Source of the DNA: Tubulanus polymorphus
Taxonomy: Eukaryota; Animalia; Nemertea
Direction of reading: 5' to 3'
DNA: 64,000 nt
NCBI RefSeq assembly: GCF_964204645.1
Contig: NC_134027.1
Coordinates: 27,676,560 to 27,740,559, forward strand
Both the position numbers and the translations under genes were made by a program. Shown in pieces: positions 14,611 to 25,424 of this stretch (positions are counted from its first letter, which is position 1; each line of letters opens with the position of its first letter). The notes beneath the pieces are model-generated. The model worked only from the letters and a program-made list of their open reading frames with translations, ran no database searches and had not been told where the DNA came from.

Positions 14611-17600
14611 CTTTTTTCTGAACCTACCTCCAAATTTTTAGAGCCAGTGGTCCATAAGTGAGAGTAAATCCGAGTAAATGGAAGCTCGGTCTCATCATGC
14701 ACGTGACATTATTAGCGGTCAAAAACGATACAATTCCCTACAAAATATAAACAATGCAACTATATCTAATACTAGTAGTATTGGGTGAGGAGGGAGAGAC
14801 GGTATAGCCCCCAGTGGCGATATGGAGCGAGGTGCGAGGCATTCTCCCGACGAGAGACCTGAAGGAATCATCACGCACTGCCCCCCCCTCATGGTATGAA
14901 TGATTCTGAATCGCGTGACGAATGAACTAAAAACAAGTCGAAACGAAATAGAAATAATTGAGAGAAATTTAGCGTGAAAATTGCCGGTAAATTGCTCTGT
15001 AGTTTCATAGCGCGTTATAAACCGCAGTCTACAGATTTCGGAGCAATTTTCAAAGCGAGAAAAACCATTTTCTTCCATTAAAATTGCGTATCAGAAAATA
15101 ATGCGGTTTTTCTATCAATCGTCACGGTCTGCACGCGTCATCATAGAAACAGTGGTCGGTATCTGGGAGAGGGCTGTGAGTCCGGTAGGTCAGTGGAGGT
15201 AAGCCGAGCGGGCTCTGTGGACCACAACAGTGATGGACTAGGTGGTCCGGAGGGTATAGGCTATAGAGGACGGGACTAGGTGGTCCGAAGAGTGGGCTAG
15301 GACGTGGTCCACTGAACACGCAGTGATGGGCTAGGTGGTCAGAAGAGTGGGCTATGACGTGGTCCACTAAACACACTCATTTGGCTTCACAAATCTCCAA
15401 TAACTCAATGTATATTTACATTACGTGTCACGCTGACTACAACACGTTCACACAGTTCATTACCGGAGACTTTATCGGTAAATATAATCCGAGAAACACG
15501 TCTTTTATTTGAATAAGAGTCGTTTATAGTATCAATCTACATCAGGGTGGCTCCGGGGAGGAGGAGGGGAGGAGGGGGCAGCGGAATAAAGCAACGAATC
15601 ATTCAGAAATATCTCATTAAACCGAGACATGTCTACAGGGAAATAAAACCAGTCCATTTCTATTGATTAAAACATGAATTTTACATATGTCATAAATTCC
15701 CAGTGTGATTGTGAAATATTCAACCCGCTTATTTTCCCAACGCGCAATAAGTTAAATACAATACGAGCCTCTTTCTGTCGTCTTCTGATTGTAAAAACAG
15801 GAATGTTTGCGGCACTTAATGAATTACTAGAACGAACCGTACCTCGGAATACAATATCAAACATCCGAACAATGTGACGTACAGTAGACCTGGACTTGAT
15901 GCGCGAAAAATCTATAAAGAAAAATCCATTCAATTTTATACATTTTCAAGCAATAAAACGTTTCATCTTAAAGCGATGCATTATAAATTCTAATCGTATC
16001 AAAATTAGGTTGACTGATATTCGGGTCAAGAAAAAGGTTCCTCAAAAAGAAAAAACGTGAAGAAGAAAAAATAGATTTATAAAAATCTTTTTATTTTAGA
16101 TGAATTTCTTCACGTAAAGAATTTCAATCGATTTAAGAAAAAGATTTTCAGTGAAAACATTTAGAGATATCGCGTGGCCTCCTCTGGTAATTCTGAACCT
16201 TGCTGATAAACAAATATCGCACATAGTGTCATCAATCAATAACATCATCAGTTACACCAGTTTCAATTTATATTCTAACTCTCTGAATCGGAGGATATTG
16301 AGTCGAATTTAAACTCTCTCAATCTGCGGAATTTGAGCTGAGTTTAAACTCCCTGAATCGGAGGAGATTGAACTGAGTTTAAACTCACTGAATCAGAGGA
16401 AATTGAACTGAGTTTAAACTCACTGAATCAGAGGAGATTGAACTGAGTTTAAACTCACTGAATCAGAGGAGATTGAACTGAGTTTAAACTCCCTGAATCA
16501 GAGGAGATCGAACTGAGTTTAAACTCCCTGAATCAGAGGAGATTGAACTGAGTTTAAACTCCCTGAATCAGAGGAGATTGAACTGAGTTTAAACTCCCTG
16601 AATCGGAGGAAATTGAGCTGAGTTTAAACTCTCTCAATCTGCAGAATCTGAGCTGAGTTTAAACTCTTTCAATCTGCAGAATCTGAGCAGGGTTTTCTTT
16701 TATTCGTTTTAATTTTTTCTTTTTGAAGAATGGACGGAATTTTCAATTTTTTCTCGAACGAGTAACAAACAGCAGACGGTGCATCATTAATCAAACAAAG
16801 CATTTTTACTACAACATTCACTTACAACTTGTAGAAAATTCCTACACTACTATTAGACTCACAGCTGTATAAAATAGAGTGAATATTAGACAGCTATATA
16901 CCGGTAGCCTGTCTATAGTCTATAGAGTGAATATTAGACAGCTATATACCGGTAGCCTGTCTATAGTCTATAGAGTGAATATTAGACAGCTATATACCGG
17001 TAGCCTGTCTATAGTCTATAGAGTGAATATTAGACAGCTATATACCGGTAGCCTGTCTATAGTCTATAGAGTGAATATTAGACAGCTATATACCGGTAGC
17101 CTGTCTATAGTCTATAGAGTGAATATTAGACAGCTATATACCGGTAGCCTGTCTATAGTCTATAGAGTGAATATTAGACAGCTATATACCGGTAGCCTGT
17201 CTATAGTCTATAGAGTGAATATTAGACAGCTATATACCGGTAGCCTGTCTATAGTCTATAGAGTGAATATTAGACAGCTATATACCGGTAGCCTGTCTAT
17301 AGTCTATAGAGTGAAGATTTTAGAATTTCATTGAGATATTGAACTGATTTATTTGTGACGATATTTTGTTTCCCGTTTATCACGGATCCACAGTCAAATG
17401 TTGTTTAGTATTTCCCGATATTTTATCAGAATTAAATTCTAAATTGCAGCTATCAACTCGAGCATCGTTCGATAGATAGATAGATGAGAATTGAAAATTT
17501 AAATCATTTCAAACATGAGGAGATGCTTTTTTAAATATGTTACAGTTCGCAGTTTAAACTCATATGTGTTAAATGGTAATCAATGATAAACTCATCTCAT

Positions 17601-18059
17601 TTCCGCTCATCCGTTAGAAATCAATTCCCTATCATCGCGGTCTCAGCTGATAAACCAACCGACAATCAGCAGCCTGCTCGACCGACAATCAGCAGCCTGC
17701 TCGACCGACAATCAGCAGCCTGCTCGACCGACAATCAGCAGCCTGCTCGACCGACAATCAGCAGCCTGCTCGACCGACAATCAGCAGCCTGCTCGACCGA
17801 CAATCAGCAGCCTGCTAGACCGACAATCAGCAGCCTGCTCGACCGACAATCAGCAGCCTGCTTATTCTGAATCAGATATTATACCGGTTCTATTCACTGC
17901 GTCTTCAACAACAAAAATGATCTCAACAAGAAAATTAATGAATAAATCAATTTATTACCTTATTTTTTCTGAATCGTAAAGTAAATATGCAGACTATGAA
18001 TACAGCTATCATACAGCATCCAGTAATCGACAACAGCACCACCTGGAGGGTACTCAAAT
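137..18059 (-). CDS. GPR158/GPR179-like class C GPCR (partial model: most 7TM exons and C-terminal tail; TM2 exon and N-terminal exons not located)
   Basis: GT-AG exons: ~17959-18059 (TM1, [30 protein letters not shown]; 5' boundary uncertain), 14628-14737 ([37 protein letters not shown]), 13455-13669 (VAVIMQ...[13 protein letters not shown]), 10475-10613 ([35 protein letters not shown]), 2882-2987 ([25 protein letters not shown]), 2479-2694, 137-1045 (coiled coil plus low-complexity tail). Phases are compatible from 14737 to the stop. Motifs parallel recalled GPR158 segments LLGFATVYGTVTLKLHR, ELLFLLWGVYLC...EPRY and LTVTVTIGLLLIPK. Confidence 0.8.
2040..2262. repeat. ~31-bp minisatellite (agccctaaagccctgggcccagccccataac)
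   Basis: About 7 visible tandem copies. Confidence 0.9.
3095..3138 (-). ncRNA. Penelope-type minimal hammerhead ribozyme-like motif
   Basis: Minus strand reads ccCTGAAGA-taactattaggatatagtc-GAAACGTTg: hammerhead core boxes, an imperfect stem II and a palindromic AACGTT stem III. Confidence 0.5.
3232..3408. mobile_element. Tc1/mariner-type MITE
   Basis: Imperfect TIRs cagtcacgccccgatatacc / ggtatattcgggggctgactg with TA on both sides. Confidence 0.7.
3435..3470 (+). ncRNA. Degenerate Penelope-type hammerhead-like motif
   Basis: ccCTGAAAA-tgactaaggataaagtc-GAAACGTTg; inverted relative to the 3095-3138 copy; core CUGANGA mutated. Confidence 0.4.
4215..4490. repeat. GC-rich cag/cac/gcc triplet low-complexity tract (intronic)
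   Basis: Source of the spurious Ala/Pro-rich and Leu/Val-rich ORFs. Confidence 0.8.
4605..7943. repeat. ~39-bp tandem array (agcaccagaaccgtaaacatacagtgtcagttaGn), ~85 copies, in GPCR intron
   Basis: Highly homogeneous units; variation is almost entirely G-run length plus an aac/atc variant. Confidence 0.97.
8237..8580. repeat. ~36-40-bp minisatellite (ggtggatgaagagggtggatgagtaactgggtcgcg)
   Basis: Visible tandem copies. Confidence 0.9.
9968..10065 (-). mobile_element. tRNA-derived SINE head / tRNA pseudogene followed by TTAGGG-like repeats
   Basis: Minus strand: A box TGGTCTAGTGG and B box GGTTCGAGTCC, then ttagggttagggttacgagctagggttagggttag; related fragments at ~9795-9870 and ~28917-28965. 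Confidence 0.6.
10659..11011. repeat. ~20-bp minisatellite (cgcacactccctgagggct/tt) near a GPCR exon acceptor
   Basis: Visible tandem copies. Confidence 0.9.
12170..12565. repeat. Pyrimidine-rich (ccctgt/ccctct) microsatellite tract
   Basis: Visible. Confidence 0.9.
12937..13167. repeat. 27-bp minisatellite (cactcgctgtggtatgtggcgactctc)
   Basis: About 8.5 copies. Confidence 0.95.
13711..13836. repeat. 20-bp minisatellite (ccagcttaacagttctggat)
   Basis: About 6 copies next to a GPCR exon acceptor. Confidence 0.9.
16278..16690. repeat. Minisatellite (aactgagtttaaactccctgaatcagaggagattg)
   Basis: Visible tandem copies. Confidence 0.9.
16875..17314. repeat. 48-bp perfect minisatellite
   Basis: About 9 identical copies; gives the 16-aa periodic ORF artefact. 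Confidence 0.95.
17658..17861. repeat. 23-bp minisatellite (accgacaatcagcagcctgctcg)
   Basis: About 9 copies. Confidence 0.95.
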
Positions 18060-19117
18060 CTGATGACGTCATAGGTGGTCATTTCTTATATACATACGAC
18101 TGACGACTGAAATTCGGGTCACGTGAGAAGCTGCCGCCCTGATAAAAACATCGCCGATATTTAACGACACTGTAACAGAAATGGAAAAAATTCATTCAAA
18201 TAATTAGAATTTGACGACAGCGTATGAACAGTAGGTTCTACAGGGTGTTCGTGCAGGTGTCTGCACAATTTTTCTCATGGATCTGGACAATTGCCAAATA
18301 CACGGCACTGGTAGTTAAAACTAGAACCAGGACTAAACTCGAACCTCTGTGAGTTTGAAGTGTTTGATGACACCCACACACAGTCCGCTGTTTGGCCCCT
18401 CAGTCGCCACAGTGTATCAATCACATCACTAACTCGTCTTAAGACAATCGGTCATTTTCTAGAAATTGTCACGAATTGACTACTAAATCAACAGATGCTG
18501 CGCATGCGCGTACACCACGTGATGATGATAATCAGATGACCCTAGAGCCGCAATAGACGATTAGACAATAAACACGGCGGTAACGTCTGTGATTGATTTG
18601 TATGAGGTTTGTCAGATACGTTTACTAAGGGTATTTACTAGTTAATCACTGAGCTGTCAACATCGCCACCAAATCCGCTGCAAATAGTTGATGAATTACT
18701 GAATTATTTGCACTGTTTAAGAAAACTCATCGACAATTAAAAGATATATCGAGATAAAACAGTAGTACTCCTGAAGATCACTATTATAAGGATACAGTTT
18801 TTTTAACACCCTCAAACCGCTAAGCGCCACGCAGGGCATTATAAGTGGGTTCGATGTTTCTTTTTCCCAATAGGGGAGAGACCAGAGAAGAACCTCCGAC
18901 CAAGAAACTCTGTCGCCACCAGGGTTTGAAATATAAGGATACAGTCATAACGATGTATGAAGTTCAGGAATATTTCTGCACTCTATTTTTCATTGTTTGT
19001 GTGCGGAGCATCGCGCTATCAAAAATATCACCGTTAGAACTCAGTGTTTCATTAACAGTTCACTGTGATATCTCGAGAATTTATTTGCTATAATTAAATG
19101 AATTCCATTCTAGTAGC

Positions 19118-19183
<66 letters not shown>

Positions 19184-19882
19184 GTATGAATGATTTACGA
19201 GGTGAACTGAAATTCACCCGGAATTTTAATATCAGTTCAATTCCATCAATTTGAATCTATTTATTGTAGATGTTGTTGTGTAGAGGAGGAGACTGTGGCA
19301 ATAGAGTAACTGAAACAGCAGACATCCAGATCATCTAACCACAAACTACAGCAGGTTCTGATTCAATCCTATCGTTCACATGGCCCTTTGTCATTCAATT
19401 ATAAAATAGTTCAAATAAAGAAACGCGAATCAAATTATTTTCTCTTAGAAAAAAAAAATCATTACAAAAACCATTTCAATCGGTCGTTTTAACAAACGTC
19501 GGAATCTTGTAGGGGGCGCCACAGAAAAGCCATCGAGCTGCAATCTATGGACCTCTTAAGGTCCCGTAAACAAATTATGAAATCTATATTGAAGTGAAGA
19601 TCGTCTGCGAAACCGATGCCGTGTAAACTGCAGTGACCTTGACCTATATACACACACGCGGTGACAGGCAGGAAGGTCGTTAATAAACGGAACGGAGAGT
19701 CTCACGAGATTCTCACGAGATTAAGGAAGGAGTCTATAAATAAATAACTGTCATCTACATATCAGAATAAATTCATATCGTATTCATCAGGAATATTTGT
19801 GACACACGTCGCCATTGTGTTTAGATTGTTCCGTATAACACTGTGGTATGTTGAATAATGATAATGATGATGATGATGTTGG

Positions 19883-19956
<74 letters not shown>

Positions 19957-20065
19957 TTGGTGATGATGATTACTCTCCTCCTCTCCCCTCCCCTAGGACT
20001 AGAGTCTATTTGCAATTATTGGCCATGAATTTAATAAGGAACATTTTATATGGTATACGTGTCTC

Positions 20066-20430
20066 CTGTACCCGCGGAGACCACGTGGTATCTCGGGAAG
20101 TGGATAACCTGTACCCCCCGCGGAGACCACGTGGTATCTCGGGCAGCGGATAACCTGTACCCCCCGCGGAGACCACGTGGTATCTCGGGAAGTGGATAAC
20201 CTGTACCCGCGGAGACCACGTGGTATCTCGGGAAGTGGATAACCTGTACCCCCGCGGAGACCACGTGGTATCTCGGGAAGTGGATAACCTGTACCCCCCG
20301 AGGAGACCACGTGGTATCTCGGGAAGTGGATAACCTGTACCCGAGGAGACCACGTGGTATCTCGGGAAGTGAATAACCTGTGCCCCCTGCGGAGACCACG
20401 TGGTATCTCGGGAAGTGAATAACCTGTACC
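20066..20430. repeat. ~43-46-bp minisatellite (cctgtacccCngcggagaccacgtggtatctcgggaagtggataa)
   Basis: About 8 copies, each with a CACGTG E-box palindrome. Confidence 0.92.
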
Positions 20431-22135
20431 TGGCGAAGACTTATGGCTCCTTCGCCTATTGACAATATCCCGAGTCTGTCGTAACAGAACTATGTATGAG
20501 GTATGTGTGAGGTTTGTGTGAGGTATGTGAGAGGTATGTGAGAGGTAATGAGGCATTTGTGAAATATGTGATTGATACGGTGACGCATTAGTGACATTCT
20601 TTCGATAGGAATCCAAGGAAACGATTGCATTAGTGGCAATAATGTGAACAGATTCGGTTACCCGCGATACTAATCCCTGACTTTACACAGGAATGGACTT
20701 ATTCTCTAATCCTGAATGAGGGTATTAAGCCAGGGTTAACTATCAATCAATGTCTGTAAATGTGAGATAGGTGATAAAAACAGTTACATTGTGAGCAGCA
20801 TCAGCACCAGCTGCAGCGGCAGCAGCGGCAGCGGCAGCAAATATGAAACTGATTTAAATTTCAGTATGTGACTCGGAGACAAGTTCCCACACGCTGCTCT
20901 ACGCGTTTCTAACTGTACGCGCATTCAATTGAAAAATAAAATGGTTCGCAGGAAATTCCTTTGTTCGCTGACTTCTTATTTTTTTCAATCAGAGTTAATT
21001 TTTGGGCTATCATTAACTCTCCATAACGGACACCAATCACTGAAACATACTAAACCGGTACCAGAAATATCTGGACAGTTACTGATACAGTACCAAACAC
21101 CAAGACCCAGTTACACAGGCATAGCTTGGATTTAAACTCTTTTTGGTTCTATATAAACCTCTAACTAACAATTTAAGACTTAAACTCATTTTCGATCTAC
21201 AGCCAATCTAATAACTTAAGACCAATCTAAGCTCATTTTGGTTGTATCAATGAGACCACTTTTGGACGACTGGTCCCTTTGGCCTTAAACAATTTTTTTC
21301 AGTAACTGCTCGAAATACATGTGAAATACAAATAAACGGTTTGATATTTTCTCCACAATAAGATGAATTCGCACTTTTTGAATAAGGATGTTGGGATCTA
21401 TTCCGACGTTTTAATATAACGTGACTGAATGATTATAGATTGTACTGTTATGAGGTGAGAGAGAGAATCCATGGAATCTGTCACTGTCGATTTGTAACAC
21501 AATAACGCCGAACGTAGTTAGTGGTGTTTAACCGTGGGGCGAGGGGAGGCGAGAGTAGGGGGGGGGCGATGTAGAGACATTCGGTGGATTTTCCTAGAAA
21601 AAGACAAGACTCATAATTTAATATTGACAATATTGTAACTGTACTGTCCATTTATATTAGGTTAAATCATGCCGTGTGTACTTCCAGCCATCAGCTCCAT
21701 CCTCCCCTTCCCCTCCTCTCTCCTCCCCTCGAGACACACGAGAATACCTCTAATTATACTCCCTCCCTTTACCTCACCTAGCCTCCAGTCACCTGAGTTA
21801 ACTCAATTCTGTCATCAATTCTTATCCAATTTGATTCTTTAAAAACTGACATTGTAAGCAGGGTGCAGTAACCTGCCGGGTCTATAGCATGGATGCAGGC
21901 TGCAGGGATGCTGGGAAACTGAGTCCTGATGTGGGACCCTTATCCACTGTGGTGATTTATTGCTACACAATATTGATGATTTTACAGGTAACTGATGTTT
22001 ATCTGTGTTTGTACAATGTAAACCTCCCACACCTCGAGTAACAGAGAATTACCTCGTGCGCGCCCGCTTTGAGAGTTTATCACGAATAATGTGCAAATAT
22101 GTCATTCATTCACAATATGAAATAATAAGAAGGTA

Positions 22136-22392
22136 AGCTGGTTGGTTAGCTGTTTAGTTGGTTGGTTAGCTGTTTAGTTGGCTGGTTAGCTGTTTAGTTG
22201 GTTGGTTAGCTGTTTAGTTGGCTGGTTAGCTGTTTAGTTGGTTGGTTAGCTGTTTAGTTGGCTGGTTAGCTGTTTAGTTGGCTGGTTGGCTGTTTAGTTG
22301 GTTGGTTAGCTGTTTAGTTGGCTGGTTAGCTGTTTAGTTGGTTGGTTAGCTGTTTAGTTGGCTGGTTAGCTGTTTGGCTGGTTTACCTGTTT
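22136..22392. repeat. 20-bp minisatellite (gttggttagctgtttagttg)
   Basis: Visible tandem copies. Confidence 0.92.
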
Positions 22393-25300
22393 AATAGGGT
22401 GGTTGGTTGGTGAGTTGACTGGTTGACTTGTTGTGATGTTGAGATGTTGTGCACTAACTGGTAACCCCTATGAATCGAGGACGATAAGGTTTCTATGGTT
22501 CCGGTATTTCACTAGATTTATGTTGTTAAATTGTCAATGATCACGTGTTATCAACAGCAGCCAACTCTATAAACCATTCGCTATGATTACATCTTAATGA
22601 CGTATCTTATCTTTAATCTCCCAATTCAAACGAATCAAATCATGTTTGATTTAAGCATTTTTGGTGCTTCAATCGTCATTACAGATAGAATGCATTAACA
22701 AAACATTTAGAGACGAATCGAACTAGAAATAAAATTCTATTCATGTTTGTAGGAAAAATCATAATGAGATGTCGATCAGAAAAAACACGATATTTCAATT
22801 AAACGGTTCCACAGTAATTCACGGACCCGGACCCGGTTCCATCCACAGTAATTCACGGACCCGGACCCGGTTCCATCCACAGTTATTCACAGGACCCGGT
22901 TCCACCCACAGTTATTCACTAGCTAGCCCAGAGAGTTGATTCCCAGTGCTTCACTGCTCCGAGTTTCAATTTGACTTTATAAAGTTCAAACAATGTTAAT
23001 GAAATATAGTTTGAACTCAGCAGTTAGACTCTCACTCACAACTGCGGAACTGGATCGCACGTTTTAGTTAAACATAGGGAACGTGAGCTAGTCGGACTCT
23101 TCAAGCGGTAACTCAAAGTTTACTAAGTTTGAATTTAATTTCTAACTTTGTGAAAAATGTGAATAAAAGTATAATCGTAAACACAGAAAATATGGCAGAA
23201 AACTCGAATAGAAAATAAACCAACAATAATCTGGATATATGTTTAACAGAAACATACCTCGAGTGAATGACAACTGGTGTATCCGGATGAGACTGTTTGC
23301 GTGCTCTCTCTCCTCTCTCCTCTCTCCTCTCTCCTCTCTCTCGCCGATACTCGCGAGGATGATCGGGCAGAGAAACAAAATCGATGCATCAGCGACACAA
23401 ATCGTCGTAGCGTAGAAGATTGGAACTGACCAATCAGAGCCATGGGAAATCACGCAAGTATTCACTCATTTGTTAAATCAATATTCCCAGCGTCTGGTAT
23501 TAGTTCAACAGTTCGATTGTGTATATGTAATTACAGATCTATCTTTGAAGGTTCAGATACAAATTCGAAATAAGAAACATAATTTGGAGCAAGCATTTCT
23601 CAAGTGGTTGCTGAATGCTTACAATTCGATCGCGAAACAACAAATCAAGTTGATATGAAGCTTCTTTGTAAAGGAATTTGCGCACAATTCGGGAGGGAAT
23701 CTTATGAGATTTCTGATTTTTTATTAGTTAACGCTACTGGTCCTACAACTCATCGGTGAGATACTCTGGTGGCATTTTATATGTGTCTTTTTTCATGGAG
23801 CCAAAATCAATAAGAAATTGCATTGATCGAACCAGACCTTCAAGTCATACTACCGCGTCCTCGGCATGTGGTGAAATAGCTCTCTTTTGCCAGTTGTATT
23901 GATTTTACGTGTATATGTACAAAATCAGCAGGGACCGTAAATAAACTAGAAATATCACAAAAATAATACCACAAAAATAAGTTATTACCACTGATTAAGT
24001 TCTTATGAAATCTAACCCCTAAATTTCATCAATACTCTGTTTTAGTGTATACCCAGCCTGAGCGAGTCGACCTAGCGAGGCCCGACCTCAGATATCTCCA
24101 GTTGTGGCCAGTCACTCAACGAGGCTCGACCTCAGATCTTGTAGTCCCCTTTGAGAGACTGAAACAGTTTAATATCTGCCATATTGGAAAATAATGTTTA
24201 GGGATCGAGTGTCATTAGATCTCCGCTGATCACCTGATTTCAACATTCTCGCCCGAATATTCATTGAAACAACAAGAAAAATACTTACGAAGAAAATATT
24301 GTCGCCTGGTGGAAACATGGAGAATATAGTGATATATGCGTATAGGTGAAATGGGACATGGAGGTTTGTGTGTTTGGGGATTTTTCATGTAACTAGGGGT
24401 CCAGGGACATCGTGGTCACTTTGGACATGATTATAAGACTGGTGTACATCGCCCACAATACTTCAGCTGTCATTAAGTAAATGTTATAACCTTTCACTTG
24501 GTGTCAATCGATGGGTTATATTATTTGCAATAATATTGCATTATCAAATTTGCCGCCTTTAGGAATTAGAGGAAAGAAGCAGCTTTTTCTGTTTCGATGA
24601 CGTTTTGTGTGACTGTTAAACATCTCTCATTCGTAGTGGCTTATGAACAGTTTTTTATGGTTCTCATTGATGTGCGGTTACGGGCGCCAAAAATCTAGAA
24701 CGCGACTATAAATCTAGAACGCGACTGCTGTTCAACACAATACAGTACCGTACTGTTCAACTGAATACACTCAATACGTGTACGTTCGAAAGGATCACTT
24801 AAAACGTGTAACTTATTCGAACTATATTCAAGTTTCTAAGGAGAAATTAATTATATTTACTGGACTGTCAGAGCGACAGTTTTCACTGGATTCTCACATC
24901 TCTCCGACCGGTAAAACCTCTCTATCGTAAAGTAAGTATGACTACGTTTTTGTGAATCTGTGCAACAGGTTTCATATGTGAAGTTCATCTATAGGAACAA
25001 GTGAAATATTCTGCGGGATTATTCACGGGATTTACAGGATCCACGTTTTCTGGGGCGGCTCCAGGATTTTGCGAGGTGGGTTTCCAATAGAAATAGGATA
25101 CATCGTCTAAAAGGAGTGCTCCGAGGAGGGTAAGAATGCATTAGATGGGATCAGACAAATTTCAAAATTTCATCTCTAAGTGAAGGTATCCTACAACTTC
25201 TGACCAGAATCCCCCCCCCCCCCCCCAAATGAAAATTAAACGTGTCGCGTTGAAGAAATGACCCCCGACCTACAGCTTTTTCAGTTTTGTATTTTCAATT

Positions 25301-25424
25301 TTTGTACTGTGTATTTGTATTTTGAGTTATTGTACTGTGCATTTGTATTTCCAGCTATTGTACTGTGTATTTGTATTTTGAGTTATTGTACTGTGTATTT
25401 AAATGTGTATTTGTATTTTCAGCG

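Noticed and set aside
16862-16920. Candidate GPCR TM2 exon ([19 protein letters not shown]|gtgagt)
   Set aside because: Phase fits but similarity to GPR158 TM2 is poor and it overlaps a minisatellite
19848-19970. Poly-Asp / poly-Ile ORFs
   Set aside because: (GAT)n microsatellite
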